The notes: generated from the letters alone by a model not told the origin. Counted from the stretch's first letter, positions 19,183 to 33,045 are shown. The stretch is DNA of 64,000 nt from Candidatus Sysuimicrobium calidum (GCA_031459935.1 JAVKHN010000005.1:8102-72101); one strand, 5' to 3'. Numbers and translations: made by a program.

Positions 19183-20223
19183 TCACCCCTCCCACCACGA
19201 ACCGGTTCTCGCGAATGCTCGTGGCATAACAGGCACGAGGAACAGTTGTTGAGCGCCGTCCAGTTTGTGCCTCTTAGCCGGCTGTGCGCTCAGATCCACT
19301 CTCTGGAACTCCGCCACGAGCTGCTTGCGTCGCACCCGCAACGGCTCAGCTAGCCTGCGGTAGGCGTAGGTCACGTACTCGGGGATGATGTCGTAGCCCA
19401 CCGCACTTCGACCGAGGTGCAGGGCCACCTTCGCGGTTGAGCCTGAGCCCAGAAAGGGATCCAGCACGACTTCCCCGGGGTAGGAGTACAGCTGGATGAG
19501 GCGGTAGGGGATCTCCTCCGGGAAGGGGCACGGATGATCCAGCACTCCAGGAGGAACGGGCGCGATGTGCCAGACGTTGTTTGCCACGTCCCGGGTGAAC
19601 ACATCCGTGATCTTCACCCGAGCTTTTGTAAGCTCATCCTCCGTCCTCCCCCGGTAGATCGGAGGGCCAGGTTTTCGGAAAACCAGAATATACTCGGTCA
19701 TGATGTTCGGGTGGAAATATCCTGGGTAGGGTTTCTGGATGAAGACCCCGGCCCTGCGGACCCCTGCCGTGGTCTTGTGCCAGATGATGTCCTGTACGAA
19801 CTCCCAGTCGCTTCGAGATAACCGGCTACTCAGGTCATGCGGAACCGGGTAATGCCGACCCCGAAAAAGTACGGTACCGATGACCACGCAGAGATACCCA
19901 CCGGGTTTGGTGACCCGATGGACCTCCCGGAAGGCACGCTGTAGCCAATTGAGGTAATCCTCGTAATTCTCGGGGCCATAGGAACGGGTTCGGTACCACC
20001 GTTCCGGATCCGAGGCGTGTCGATGGTAATCAATGGCGTTCCAGTAGGGCGGGGAGGTGACGGTGAGAGAGACCTCCCCAGCTGTTAGTTCGGGCATGGA
20101 GAGACTGTCACCCACATACAGGCGGGCGGTGCTCTCTCTGCGGTGATAAACCATCGGGGTTCGCATCGAGGCTCCTTGATCAGAGTGTTCCGTCATGGAC
20201 GCGTAGCGTACAGACGTTCCCAA
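19183..20223 (-). CDS. DNA methyltransferase (amino-MTase, SPPY motif; N4-cytosine or N6-adenine, beta class), solitary
   Basis: TSPPYWNAIDY catalytic motif IV, later FLGSGSTAKVA AdoMet motif I (circularly permuted order typical of beta-class N4C/N6A MTases). Gene body is visibly lower in GC (~55%) than the flanks. Start among several Met codons (20223/20166). Confidence 0.8.
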   Translation of the reverse strand: MGTSVRYASMTEHSDQGASMRTPMVYHRRESTARLYVGDSLSMPELTAGEVSLTVTSPPYWNAIDYHRHASDPERWYRTRSYGPENYEDYLNWLQRAFREVHRVTKPGGYLCVVIGTVLFRGRHYPVPHDLSSRLSRSDWEFVQDIIWHKTTAGVRRAGVFIQKPYPGYFHPNIMTEYILVFRKPGPPIYRGRTEDELTKARVKITDVFTRDVANNVWHIAPVPPGVLDHPCPFPEEIPYRLIQLYSYPGEVVLDPFLGSGSTAKVALHLGRSAVGYDIIPEYVTYAYRRLAEPLRVRRKQLVAEFQRVDLSAQPAKRHKLDGAQQLFLVPVMPRAFARTGSWWEG

Positions 20224-20277
20224 TTAAGTGGTTCTCGGCAGGGTTGGAAACTCCTCCCTTGGGAGTACAATCCTCGT

Positions 20278-21525
20278 GTGCCGGACGCGTTCGCCTTTCG
20301 ACCCGTCGGTTCAGCCGCAGGCTCCACCGTCTCCCTGTGGCTGGATGTGCCCTACGCGCCCCGGCCACCCCTTCGGGGCGAGGTGCAGGTCCCGGTGGCC
20401 GTGGTGGGAGGCGGGATTACAGGGATCTCCGTGGCCTACTGGCTGAGTCGGGCGGGGGTGACCTGCTGGGTGCTGGAGCGGGACGTGGTGGCGGGCGGGG
20501 CCACGGGCCGCAACGGCGGGTTCGTGCAGGAAGGCACGACCCCGGGGTATGCGGACCTCATCGCGCGGTTCGGCCGGAGCGAGGCCAAGGCGCTCTGGGC
20601 CTTCACCGTGGAGAACCGCGAGCGGCTCCTGCAGGTCTGCGCGGAGGAGGGGATCGAGGCGGAAGTGGACCCCCGGGGGAGCGTGGCCCTGGCCTCTGAC
20701 CTCCACGAGCTTGAGGAGCTCGAACGCGAAGCGGCCCTGCTCACCGAGGACGGGTTCCCGGTACACCTCCTCGACGCGGAGGAGGTGAGGGCGCGGCTCG
20801 GAGGGCATCCCGAATTTGTGGGCGGGATGTTCAATCCTCGGGACATCGGCATCCACCCCGTCCGGTTCACCCGCGGGCTCGCAGCGGCCGCGGAGCGCCG
20901 CGGGGCCCGGATCTTCGAGGGCACCCCCGTGGTGGGGATCGAGCGGGCAGGGACGGGCTGGCGGGCGGTGACCCCTGCCGGAACGGTTCAGGCGGATCGG
21001 CTGGTGCTTGCCCTGGACGCCTATACGACGCAGCTGGAGACCCCGTGGGCGCGGTGGATCCGGGCGGTGCGCGGCCAGGTGCTCGCCACGGCCCCGCTTC
21101 CCCGCCGGCTGTTTGCCCACCTGTTCTACGCGAACGACGGACTCGAGTACTGGCGACAGACGCCTGCGGGCCCGGTGGTGCTGGGCGGGTTGCGGCGCTT
21201 GCACGCTCAGGAAGAGGTGGGGACGGAGGACCGGCTGCATCCCCGCATCCAGGAGGCCCTGGAGGCATACCTGCGGGGTCTCGGGGTACCGCGCGGGGTC
21301 GCCGTCACGCACCGGTGGAGTGGAGCCATCGGCCTCAGCAGGGATCACCTGCCTGTGATCGGGCCTGTTCCGGGCGAACCGGGTCTCCTGCTGGCGGCCG
21401 GCTACACCGGGCAGGGGCTCGCCTTCGCCTTCCTCGCGGGCCGGATGATCACGGAGCTCCTCGTGGCGGGTTCCACCGACTCCCCGCACGTCCTCCTCCC
21501 GGATCGCCTGGTGGGCAGAGCCTGA
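20278..21525 (+). CDS. FAD-dependent oxidoreductase (DAO/glycine-oxidase-like)
   Basis: VAVVGGGITGISVAYWL...GRNGG dinucleotide-binding motif within ORF 20143..21525. Start uncertain (GTG ~20278 or upstream ATG 20143). Confidence 0.7.
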   Translation: MPDAFAFRPVGSAAGSTVSLWLDVPYAPRPPLRGEVQVPVAVVGGGITGISVAYWLSRAGVTCWVLERDVVAGGATGRNGGFVQEGTTPGYADLIARFGRSEAKALWAFTVENRERLLQVCAEEGIEAEVDPRGSVALASDLHELEELEREAALLTEDGFPVHLLDAEEVRARLGGHPEFVGGMFNPRDIGIHPVRFTRGLAAAAERRGARIFEGTPVVGIERAGTGWRAVTPAGTVQADRLVLALDAYTTQLETPWARWIRAVRGQVLATAPLPRRLFAHLFYANDGLEYWRQTPAGPVVLGGLRRLHAQEEVGTEDRLHPRIQEALEAYLRGLGVPRGVAVTHRWSGAIGLSRDHLPVIGPVPGEPGLLLAAGYTGQGLAFAFLAGRMITELLVAGSTDSPHVLLPDRLVGRA

Positions 21526-21533
21526 GCCGTTCC

Positions 21534-21791
21534 CTACCCGCCGAACCGCAGCCAGCCGGGGCCGAAGAGAAGGGTCACGATGCCCAGAAGGGCCCACAGA
21601 CTGCTCTTGATTCCCTCGCTCCGCTCTCCCTCCCGGAACTCCCGCACCGCCCCCACCAGGGGGACCACGGTCAGGAGGAGCACGAACCATGGACCCACCA
21701 CGTGGAACGGCTCGGGGAGCGCCCCGGCGATCCGGCGGTACCCCTCCGCAACGGCGGCGAGGATCCACAGAAAAGCCATTCCCAAACGCAT
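21534..21791 (-). CDS. small membrane protein
   Basis: 85 aa, three hydrophobic helices. Convergent with and 9 nt from the oxidoreductase. Confidence 0.4.
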   Translation of the reverse strand: MRLGMAFLWILAAVAEGYRRIAGALPEPFHVVGPWFVLLLTVVPLVGAVREFREGERSEGIKSSLWALLGIVTLLFGPGWLRFGG

Positions 21792-21858
21792 CCGCGCACC
21801 TCGTCCCCGGAGTGACGCCCCTCCCCCGGCGACCGTCGGATGGACTTGGGACCAACCC

Positions 21859-22326
21859 TCAGGAGGCCAGGAGCCTCATGTAGATGCGCAGCTGCCCCAG
21901 GTGGTAGCTGTAGTGGGAAATCGTGTGGAGGATGGCGTAGCGCTTCGTGGCCATACCCCTCTCGCTTCCCCGCTGGACCTCCACGGTTTCCTCCAGGGCC
22001 GCGTCCGCAAGGCCCTGGAGGATCCGGCGGGTGCGCTCCGCCACCCCTCGGATCTCCTCCAATACCTCTTCCTTGCGTACCGGCACGTCCAGGGCGAACT
22101 CCGCCTCCCGGTCGCGCTGGAGGGCCTCCCCGCCCACGGTCCGGTGGATCCAGTACCGCTCTGATCCCGCGAGGTGCCGCAGGAGGATCCCCGGGGTGTT
22201 CAGCAGGCCCGGCGGCCTTTGGTTCAGCTGGTCCTCGCTCAGGGGGGCCACGGTCCGGAGCACCGCCTCCCGGACCTCGTCGAGGTACGCCCCAAGCCTC
22301 TGCGCCTCTCCCATGGCCTCCTCCAT
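21859..22326 (-). CDS. DinB/YfiT-like metal-dependent hydrolase (DinB_2 family)
   Basis: Internal start MEEAMGEAQRLGAYLDEVREAV. His-rich four-helix-bundle signature ...LRHLAGSERYW..., ...TISHYSYHLGQL. Confidence 0.7.
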   Translation of the reverse strand: MEEAMGEAQRLGAYLDEVREAVLRTVAPLSEDQLNQRPPGLLNTPGILLRHLAGSERYWIHRTVGGEALQRDREAEFALDVPVRKEEVLEEIRGVAERTRRILQGLADAALEETVEVQRGSERGMATKRYAILHTISHYSYHLGQLRIYMRLLAS

Positions 22327-22382
22327 ACGCCTTCCTCCCCAGTTTACCGAGCGGAGGGGCACAAGAAGACCCCCCCAACGGC

Positions 22383-22410
22383 AAAAACGCCCGGGGGTCT
22401 CCCGGGCGTC
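22383..22410 (-). terminator. Rho-independent terminator after hup
   Basis: Minus-strand ACGCCCGGGAGACCCCCGGGCGUUUUUGCC: 7-bp GC stem plus U-tract, 25-50 nt downstream of the hup stop. Confidence 0.5.
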
Positions 22411-22433
22411 CTCGGCTCCCGTAGCCCCGCGAA

Positions 22434-22721
22434 TCAGCGGCGGCGGGCTCCGGCCACCGCGGCCCGCAGCTCCTTACCTGCGGTGAAGGCGGGCACCTTC
22501 CGGGCGGGGATCCGGATCTTCTCCCCGGTCTGCGGGTTGCGGCCCTCCCGGGCCCGTCGCTCCCGCACCTGGAAGGTGCCGAAGCCCACCAGGGTGACCT
22601 TCTCCCCGCGTCTCAGGGCCGTCTTGATGGTGTCCAGCGCGGCATCCAGAGCGGTGTTCGCATCCTTCTTGCTGAGGCCGGCCACCTGCGCGATACGCTC
22701 CACGAGCTGCTCCTTGTTCAT
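22434..22721 (-). CDS. hup: DNA-binding protein HU
   Basis: 95 aa MNKEQLVERIAQVAGLSKKDANTALDA...VTLVGFGTFQVRERRAREGRNPQTGEKIRIPARKVPAFTAGKEL. Canonical HU/IHF fold with arm motif. Confidence 0.9.
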   Translation of the reverse strand: MNKEQLVERIAQVAGLSKKDANTALDAALDTIKTALRRGEKVTLVGFGTFQVRERRAREGRNPQTGEKIRIPARKVPAFTAGKELRAAVAGARRR

Positions 22722-22816
22722 CTCCTCCCCTCCTCCCGCTGCGGTATGTTTCTGGCCGGCAAATTTCTACAACCCGCGTCCCGACTCCTTTCTGGCCTCC
22801 ACAGGGATTTTAAAAA

Positions 22817-25246
22817 TCATCCCTGCGGTGGCTCCACCACCGCCACCGCGCTCACCCGGTCGCCCGGATCAAGCCGCATCACCCGCACCCCCTGGGCGCC
22901 GCGGCCCACCGTGCGGATTTCCCGCACCCACGTCCGGAGGATCTGCCCTTGCTCGGACGCCAAGAGCAGCTCGTCGTCCGACCCCACGCCCCGGATGGCC
23001 ACCACCCGGCCGTTCTTGGGCCCCACCCGCACGTTCCGGACCCCTGCCCCGCCCCGGGCCTGCAGGCGATACTCCTCGACCCGGGTGCGGGTGGCGTAGC
23101 CCTGATCCGTCACCGTGAGGACCTCAGGCTTCTCGCCCACCACCGCGGCGCCCACCACCTCATCCCCCGGCCGCAGCCGGATGCCCAGGACTCCTGCTGC
23201 GGCCCGGCCCATCTCTCGCACCCCCGCTTCCCGGAACCGGATGCACTGCCCTTCCCGGCTTCCTAGGATGACCTCCCGCCGGCCATCTGTGAGCCGCACG
23301 GCCACCAGCTCATCCCCGGGCTTGAGGGTAATGGCCACGAGGCCCGCCCGGCGGGTCCCCACGAACTCCAACAGCCCCGTCTTCTTCACCAGGCCCTGCT
23401 TGGTCACCATGAACAGATACCCCCCGTCCTCGAAGGACCGCACGGGGATCACCGCGGTGACCCGCTCCGCGGGCCCCAAGTTCACCAAGTTCATGAGTCC
23501 TGTGCCGCGGGCGGTGCGGCCCGATTCCGGCACGTCAAAGGCCCGCAGCCGGTACACCTTGCCCCGATTGGTGAAGAACAGCAGGTAGGTGTGGTTGGTG
23601 GTGACCAGCAGGTGCTCCACGAAGTCCTCTTCCCGGGCCGCGGCGCCCACCACCCCCCGGCCGCCCCGGCGCTGGGCCCGGTAGGTCTCCAACGGCACCC
23701 GCTTGATGAACCCATCCCGAGTGAGGGTGACCACCACCTCCGTGTCGGGGACGAGATCCTCCTCCTCGAAGGTCGCCTCCTCCGCGGTGGTGATCTTCGT
23801 GCGTCGGGGATCCCCGTACTTCTCCTTGAGCTCCAGGATCTCCTCCCGCAGGATGGCGTCTACCTTCCGGGGATCCCGCAGCACGTCCTGGTAGTAGGAA
23901 ATGGCCTTGAGGAGCTCCCGGTACTCCTCCTCCACCTTGCCGCGCTCCAGGCCCGTGAGCCGCTGCAGCCGCATCTCCAGGATGGCCTCCGCCTGCTCCG
24001 GGCTGAGCCCGAAGGTCTTCATGAGTCCTTCCCGGGCCGTGGGGACGTCCCTGCTCGCCCGGATGAGGGCGATCACCCGGTCCAGGTGGTCGAGGGCCAC
24101 CCGGAGCCCCTCCAGGATATGGGCCCGCTCCTCCGCCCGGGCCAGCTCGAACCGCACCCGGCGGGTGGTGACGGTCCGCCGGTGCTCCAGGTAGTGCCAC
24201 AGGAGGTCCCGGAGGGTGAGCTGGCGGGGCACCCCATTCACCAGGGCCAACAGAATGGCCCCGAAGTTCGTCTGCATCTGGGTGTGCTTGTAGAGCTGGT
24301 TTAAGACTACCTGAGGATTCGCCTCCCGCCGCAGCTCGATGACCACCCGGATGCCCTCCCGGTCCGACTCGTCCCGGAGATCGCCGATGCCCTGGATCCT
24401 CTTCTGCCGTACCAGCTCCGCGATGCGGCTGATGAGGGCGGCCTTGTTCACTAAGTAGGGGAGCTCCGTGACCACGATGGCAGCTCTTCCGCCCCGCAGC
24501 TCCTCGATGTGGGCCTTGGCCCGCATCACGATGGTGCCCCGGCCCTTGGTGTACGCCTCCCGGATCCCCTCCCGGCCCAGGATGAGACCGCCCGTGGGGA
24601 AGTCCGGTCCCCGGAGGATCTTCAGCAGCTCCTCCGTGGGAAGGTCAGGCCGGTCCAGCATGGCCACCAGCGCATCGCAGACCTCCCGCAGGTTGTGCGG
24701 GGGGATGTTGGTGGCCATGCCCACCGCGATCCCGCTCGCGCCGTTCACCAGGAGGTTCGGGAAGCGGGCGGGCAGGACCGTGGGTTCCTGGCGGCTCTGG
24801 TCGAAGTTGGGGACGAAGTCCACGGTGTCCTTGTCGAGGTCTGCCAGCATCTCCATCGCCACGGCCGTGAGCCGGGCCTCCGTGTAGCGCATCTGGGCGG
24901 GGGGGTCGTCGTCGATGCTCCCGAAGTTGCCCTGGCCGTCCACGAGGGGGTAGCGCATCACCCAGTCCTGGGCCAGGCGCACCAGGGTGGGGTAGATGAC
25001 GCCCTCCCCGTGCGGGTGGTAGTTGCCGGAGGTGTCCCCGCAGATCTTCGCGCACTTCCGGTAGGGACGGTTTGGAGCCAGACCCAGGTCGTGCATAGCC
25101 ACGAGTATTCGGCGCTGCACGGGCTTGAGGCCGTCCCGCACATCGGGGAGCGCCCGGGACACGATGACGGACATGGCGTAGTCCAGGTACGCCTCCTGCA
25201 TCTCGCGCTCGACGGGTTTGGGCAGGACTCGCTCGTCCACCGCCAT
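22817..25246 (-). CDS. gyrA: DNA gyrase subunit A
   Basis: 809 aa. [27 protein letters not shown], active-site region [17 protein letters not shown]-terminal beta-pinwheel repeats. Confidence 0.95.
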   Translation of the reverse strand: MAVDERVLPKPVEREMQEAYLDYAMSVIVSRALPDVRDGLKPVQRRILVAMHDLGLAPNRPYRKCAKICGDTSGNYHPHGEGVIYPTLVRLAQDWVMRYPLVDGQGNFGSIDDDPPAQMRYTEARLTAVAMEMLADLDKDTVDFVPNFDQSRQEPTVLPARFPNLLVNGASGIAVGMATNIPPHNLREVCDALVAMLDRPDLPTEELLKILRGPDFPTGGLILGREGIREAYTKGRGTIVMRAKAHIEELRGGRAAIVVTELPYLVNKAALISRIAELVRQKRIQGIGDLRDESDREGIRVVIELRREANPQVVLNQLYKHTQMQTNFGAILLALVNGVPRQLTLRDLLWHYLEHRRTVTTRRVRFELARAEERAHILEGLRVALDHLDRVIALIRASRDVPTAREGLMKTFGLSPEQAEAILEMRLQRLTGLERGKVEEEYRELLKAISYYQDVLRDPRKVDAILREEILELKEKYGDPRRTKITTAEEATFEEEDLVPDTEVVVTLTRDGFIKRVPLETYRAQRRGGRGVVGAAAREEDFVEHLLVTTNHTYLLFFTNRGKVYRLRAFDVPESGRTARGTGLMNLVNLGPAERVTAVIPVRSFEDGGYLFMVTKQGLVKKTGLLEFVGTRRAGLVAITLKPGDELVAVRLTDGRREVILGSREGQCIRFREAGVREMGRAAAGVLGIRLRPGDEVVGAAVVGEKPEVLTVTDQGYATRTRVEEYRLQARGGAGVRNVRVGPKNGRVVAIRGVGSDDELLLASEQGQILRTWVREIRTVGRGAQGVRVMRLDPGDRVSAVAVVEPPQG

Positions 25247-25262
25247 GGCGTTCCCCCAGGGA

Positions 25263-27281
<2,019 letters not shown>

Positions 27282-27539
27282 CTATGAATCCCGCCTCCAC
27301 CAGCCCGTCTGGGCCCTCCGGGCCAGGGTCTTCGGGGAGACGGAACTGGCGTATACCCCTCTTACGGTCACCACCAGGGCCCGGGCGCGGCTGAGGTCGG
27401 CTCCGAAGAACCGGCCTGCCTCCGCGGCCCGCCGCAGGAAGGCTTGGTTGGCTTCCGAGGCCCGGAGGCACCGAAGATCGAGGATGGTTACGATCTCCCG
27501 GAAGGGGACCACAAGCTCACCGCCGAGGTGCAGGTACAT
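27282..27539 (-). CDS. DUF370 protein (RemB/YaaB-like)
   Basis: 85 aa. Conserved position between recF and gyrB as in Bacillus yaaB. Confidence 0.7.
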   Translation of the reverse strand: MYLHLGGELVVPFREIVTILDLRCLRASEANQAFLRRAAEAGRFFGADLSRARALVVTVRGVYASSVSPKTLARRAQTGWWRRDS

Positions 27540-27575
27540 GACATGCTCCCTTCCCGTAGGAACGGCGCAGCCCCC

Positions 27576-27869
27576 TCAGTCCCTGGTTCCCTGAACCACC
27601 CGGATGGCCCGGACGAGGGCCCGGCCCAGCTGTCGGTTCAGCTCCGCCTGGAAGGCCGCCCGTTGGAGGCTCGCCTCCTGCGCTGCGGCCGCGTTCCGGG
27701 CCGCGAGGATCAGGGTCCCGGCCCGGAAGGCCTCCGCCCGGACATCCCGCTCTGACCCGTACAGCGCCTGCCACGCGGCCAGGACCTCCGCTTCTTCCAG
27801 AGCACCCCTCACCCCTAGCCGCGTGGCGTAGGCCCGCAGGAGCTCCCCGAGGCGCACCGGCCCCTTCAT
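27576..27869 (-). CDS. DUF721 (DciA-like) protein
   Basis: MKGPVRLGELLRAYATRLGVRGALEEAEVLAAWQALYG..., 97 aa. Stop overlaps the region after recF. Conserved ori-proximal position. Confidence 0.7.
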   Translation of the reverse strand: MKGPVRLGELLRAYATRLGVRGALEEAEVLAAWQALYGSERDVRAEAFRAGTLILAARNAAAAQEASLQRAAFQAELNRQLGRALVRAIRVVQGTRD

Positions 27870-28921
27870 CGTGCTCCCAGCTCCAGCACGTGCACCTCCC
27901 GGGCGGGGAGGTGAGAGCGGTCCGTGGCGGTGAAGATGGTCTGCGGGCCCTCTGAGAGCAACCGCAGGAGCTGCTGGGTCCGCCGGGCGTCCAGCTCCGC
28001 CCCCGCGTCGTCCAGAAGCATCACCGGATCCTCTCCCATCTCCTGCCGCACCACCTCCCGCTCCGCGAGGCGCAGGCTCAGGACCGCAGCCCGCTGCTGT
28101 CCCCTGGACCCGTATGCCCGAAGGGGAACCCCGTCGAGGGTGATCTCCAGCTCGTCCCGGTGTGGTCCCGAGAGGGTCATCCCCCTGCGGTACTCCTCCC
28201 GGCGCTGGCGGAACAGCACCGCCCGGGCTCTCCCCGGAAGGTCCTCCCCCAGTTCCCACGAAGGCCGATACGCCACCTGGAGCGCACCGCCCGCCATCGG
28301 TCTTCCCACCTCGCGCACAATGGGCTCCAGACGGCTCACCAGCTCCGCCCGCCGTTCCGTGATGGCGCATCCCACCTCCACCAGCTGCTCGTCCCACACC
28401 TCCAGCAGGTGCGGGGGTGCCTGGGCCCGGAGGAGGCGGTTGCGCTGCTGCACCACCCGGGTGTACCGCAACAGGTTGTGGTAGTAGGAGGGGCTCAGCT
28501 GGCACAGGAGCCCGTCGAGCAACCGTCTCCGGTACACGGAGGGCCCGTGCACCACCCCTGTATCCTCCGGCCCGGCGAAAACCCGTACCGCGCGGCCCAG
28601 GAGATCCACCCGGTGCACCCGGTTCCCCTGCACCCGGATGGTCTTCAACCCCGCCCGCTCGAGCCGCACCTCCACGGTGTGGACCCCATGCCGTCGCTCC
28701 AACGTGGCCCGCACCAGGGCCCAGGGCGATCCGAACCGGATGGCGTCCGCCTCCCGCACGACCCTGTGGCTGCGGCCCGTCACCACGAGGTCGATGGCTT
28801 CCAGCACATTGGTTTTCCCCGCGCCGTTCGGGCCTACCAGGAGATTGAGCCCGGGTGCGAACTCCAGCTCGGCGCGGTCGTAGTTCCGGAACTCAAGGAG
28901 AAAGAGGGTTCGCACCAGCAT
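27866..28921 (-). CDS. recF: DNA replication and repair protein RecF
   Basis: Internal start [38 protein letters not shown] (Walker A). Signature and D-loop near the C-terminus (VMLLDDAGAELD). Confidence 0.9.
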   Translation of the reverse strand: MLVRTLFLLEFRNYDRAELEFAPGLNLLVGPNGAGKTNVLEAIDLVVTGRSHRVVREADAIRFGSPWALVRATLERRHGVHTVEVRLERAGLKTIRVQGNRVHRVDLLGRAVRVFAGPEDTGVVHGPSVYRRRLLDGLLCQLSPSYYHNLLRYTRVVQQRNRLLRAQAPPHLLEVWDEQLVEVGCAITERRAELVSRLEPIVREVGRPMAGGALQVAYRPSWELGEDLPGRARAVLFRQRREEYRRGMTLSGPHRDELEITLDGVPLRAYGSRGQQRAAVLSLRLAEREVVRQEMGEDPVMLLDDAGAELDARRTQQLLRLLSEGPQTIFTATDRSHLPAREVHVLELGAR

Positions 28922-29138
28922 CCCGGCCCGCCCGCACCACGAGCACCCTTCCCTCCACCTCCACCACGTCCCCCGGCCGGAGTACCCTCCCCCGCCGTCG
29001 CTCAACCTGACCGTTCACCCGGACCCGTCCGGCCCGAATCCAGTGCTTGGCCTCCCCTCCGCTGCGAACCACCTGAGCCCACTTCAGGAATGCCCCGAGG
29101 GCGATGGCAGGGGTCCGAATCGGCACCTCCTCCTGCAT
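28893..29138 (-). CDS. S4-domain RNA-binding protein (YaaA-like)
   Basis: MQEEVPIRTPAIALGAFLKWAQVVRSGGEAKHWIRAGRVRVNGQVERRRGRVLRPGDVVEVEG. Between dnaN and recF as in Firmicutes. Confidence 0.7.
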   Translation of the reverse strand: MQEEVPIRTPAIALGAFLKWAQVVRSGGEAKHWIRAGRVRVNGQVERRRGRVLRPGDVVEVEGRVLVVRAGRDAGANPLSP

Positions 29139-29139
29139 C

Positions 29140-30246
29140 CTACCCGTACACCCGAACCGGAGCCAGCACGTAGACGTATTCCTCGCTCCCCGCGGGCCGC
29201 AATGCCCCCGGAGCGAGTGGGCCCGTAAGTTCCAGGACCACCTCTCCGGTCTCCACGATGGCCAGGGCATCGAGGAGGTAGCGGGCGTTGAAGGCCACCT
29301 CCATGGGCTCCCCATCCATCGCCACCTCCAGCTCCTCGTAGGCGGAGCCCACCTCCGGGGTGTTGGACTCCAGCCGCAGGACTCCCATACCGGCCCGGAA
29401 CCGCACCACGCTCGCGGAATCCCGCGCGGTGATGGCCACCCGCCGCACAGCGCCCCGCAGAGCCTCCGTCCCCACCTGCACCCGCAGCTTCCACTCCCGG
29501 GGGATGACCTGCTCGTATTGGGGGAAGTTTCCCGCAATGAGCCGGGAGGTGAGGCGCACGTGCGGCAGGGTCACCACCACCTGTCCCTCCCCAAGGGCGA
29601 TCTGCACTTCCTCCTCCAGGCCTCCAAGCGCCCGGTCCAGCTCCCGCATGGCCCGGGCGGGCACGATCACCGCCATCTCCCCGGCTTGTGAGCTCAATTG
29701 TGCTCTCCGCAGGCTCAATCGCCCCCCATCCGTGGCCACCGCCCGGATCTCGCGTCCACTCGTCACCACATACACCCCTGTGAGGAAGGGGCGGGTTTCG
29801 TCCGTGCTGGCCGCGAAGAGGGTGGATCGGATCAGGGTCCGCAGCAGCGGGGCCGCCAGTGAGCAGATCGGCCTTGCCTCCTCCTGGGGACCCCGGGGGA
29901 AATCCGAGGCCGGAAGTCCCAGCAGCTCGAACCCTGCCCGAGCGCAACGGATGCGGGCGGTGGTGGATCCTTCCGGCACCTCCAGTTCCACCGTCGAGGG
30001 GGGCAGAGCCCCCACGATCTCTCCCACAAGCCGAGCGGGGAGTGCCACGCTACCCGGCCGCTCGATGTGGGCGGGTATTGAGGTGCGCATCGCGATCTCC
30101 AGATCCGTGGCCGAGATCTCCAGCTGCGCGTCTGTAGCCTCGAACAGCAGGTAGGAGAGGATCGGCAGGGTGGTGCGAGTGCTCACCGCTCTCTGAACGA
30201 GGTGCACCCCTTGCTCGAGAACTCCCTGCTCGCACGAGACCCTCAT
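29140..30246 (-). CDS. dnaN: DNA polymerase III beta sliding clamp
   Basis: 368 aa, three-domain clamp. Motifs LLFEATDAQLEISATDLEIAM, LPHVRLTSRLIAGNFP. Confidence 0.95.
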   Translation of the reverse strand: MRVSCEQGVLEQGVHLVQRAVSTRTTLPILSYLLFEATDAQLEISATDLEIAMRTSIPAHIERPGSVALPARLVGEIVGALPPSTVELEVPEGSTTARIRCARAGFELLGLPASDFPRGPQEEARPICSLAAPLLRTLIRSTLFAASTDETRPFLTGVYVVTSGREIRAVATDGGRLSLRRAQLSSQAGEMAVIVPARAMRELDRALGGLEEEVQIALGEGQVVVTLPHVRLTSRLIAGNFPQYEQVIPREWKLRVQVGTEALRGAVRRVAITARDSASVVRFRAGMGVLRLESNTPEVGSAYEELEVAMDGEPMEVAFNARYLLDALAIVETGEVVLELTGPLAPGALRPAGSEEYVYVLAPVRVYG

Positions 30247-30249
30247 CGT

Positions 30250-30455
30250 TCCAGTCCCTCCGGGCTTGAGCTTGAAGTTCGAAATCTTTTAGCCGTCATA
30301 GCCGTCGCCCCTGTGGAGAAGGGGGAAAAGCGCCGAAACCATTGTACGACGCCGCCCGAAAGGGAGCTCGGGCTGTGGACGGCGGGATGAACGGCCCGTG
30401 GACGAAGGCAGCGCAGGGAACTGCCGCAGAGGAGACTGTGGACAACGCAGGAGCA
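30250..30455. promoter_or_regulatory. DnaA-box cluster (dnaA-dnaN intergenic part of oriC)
   Basis: TGTGGAGAA (~30311), TGTGGACAA (~30438) and further TGTGGACG variants (consensus TGTGGATAA). Lower-GC stretch gaagttcgaaatcttttagcc ~30270-30300 is a possible unwinding element. Confidence 0.5.
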
Positions 30456-30457
30456 GT

Positions 30458-31818
<1,361 letters not shown>

Positions 31819-31822
<4 letters not shown>

Positions 31823-32601
31823 GCTCCTCCTCCCGCTTTGAAGACCTTATCGAGGTACCGGACGCCCTCCTCCGTGAGGGTGCGCCGGCCGCCAGCGTGC
31901 GATTGTACGAGGCCCATTTCCTCCAAAGCCGCGAGCTCCCGGTACGCGGTGCTCAGGCTGATGTCCAGCTCCCGGGCCACGGTGGTGGGCCCGGCGCTGC
32001 CGAACTCTGCCACCAGCAAAAGCACCCGCCCCTGCCGCTCCGTGAGCCGCGGCTCGGTCCGCCCCCCGGCCGGAGGAGCCGGCCTCGGGGAATTCATCTG
32101 AAGGGTCACCACGGTCCCGCCGTTGAGGTTGTCCTCGATGGAGATCATCCCTCCCAGAAAGCTCAGCTGCTCCCGGGCGATGGGGAGCCCGCTCCCTACC
32201 CCCCGGATGTACTTCCGCATGGTGGCCGTGGCCGTGGTGAACCCGGGCTGCATGGCCTTCTCCTTGTCCCGGATTCCCGGCCCCTGGTCCGAGATCCGGA
32301 TGGTGTTTCCGTCCTCGCTGATGGTGATCACCGCGTTCTTGAAGTGCGCGTGGATCAGGTTCTCTACGATCTCTCGGATCACCACGAAGGGGATGCGGCT
32401 GCCGCGCCGCTGCGCGTGCTCGTAGGTGGCCGCCGCCAGCTTCCCCACGAGCTCGTGGAAGTCATCGCTGGAGAGGGAGATCACCCGGGGCTCCGCGAGA
32501 GGGGAATCGTAGATGGCGAGCCGCACCTCCGGAGTCCCCTCGAGCTCTGCTCTCCCCTCCTGCTCCCGGATGATCCGATCCAGCAACTCCCGCAGCGACA
32601 T
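31819..32601 (-). CDS. GHKL (HATPase_c-like) ATPase fused to C-terminal winged-HTH, translationally coupled to dnaA
   Basis: 260 aa. N-box EIVENLIHA, G1 DQGPGI, G2 GVGSGLP. C-terminal TTVARELDISLSTAYRELAALEEMGLV HTH. Stop overlaps the dnaA start (ATGA). Confidence 0.6.
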
Positions 32602-32649
32602 CTGTTCACCCTGCTGGCGAGAGGGATCAATTGCACGGCCCCGGACGGA

Positions 32650-33040
32650 TTCCTCCTGCCCGGCCCCCTCCGACCTCCCTTTCGCCTCTTTCCACCGGGA
32701 TTCTTCCCCTGTTGGGGAAGGCTCTTAAAAGACCTTGAAAACCGTGCCAGGCCAACCCGAAAACGAGGACTTGCATCCCGGCACCCCCGCCCGTAACCGT
32801 AATGGTATCGCGCATGGCAGAAGTTATCCACAGTCCGTGAAAAACCTGTTGATAATCCCCCCACCGCCCCGCCTTCCGAGAGCGAACCGCCGTGGGAGCG
32901 TGGACGGGACCGGCCTCCCTGGAGGCAGAGGAATTCCAGGCCCCGAAAAGTTGTGGAAAAGTGCCGGGTTGTCCACAACCTGTCCACAGACCGGGAAGTC
33001 CGGGGATGCTATACTAGGCGAGGCTCGTGTGGGGTGAGGG
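32650..33040. promoter_or_regulatory. oriC DnaA-box cluster in the rnpA / dnaA-operon divergent region
   Basis: Perfect TTATCCACA (~32824-32832), TGTTGATAA (~32847), TTGTGGAAA (~32951), TTGTCCACA (~32969), CTGTCCACA (~32980). Strand switch of gene orientation occurs here. Confidence 0.6.
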
Positions 33041-33045
33041 GAGGC

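Noticed and set aside
22722-22816. Hairpin CAGGGATGATTTTTAAAATCCCTG after gyrA as a Rho-independent terminator
   Set aside because: Stem is present but there is no downstream U-tract. More likely part of the hup promoter/UTR region. Left uncalled.
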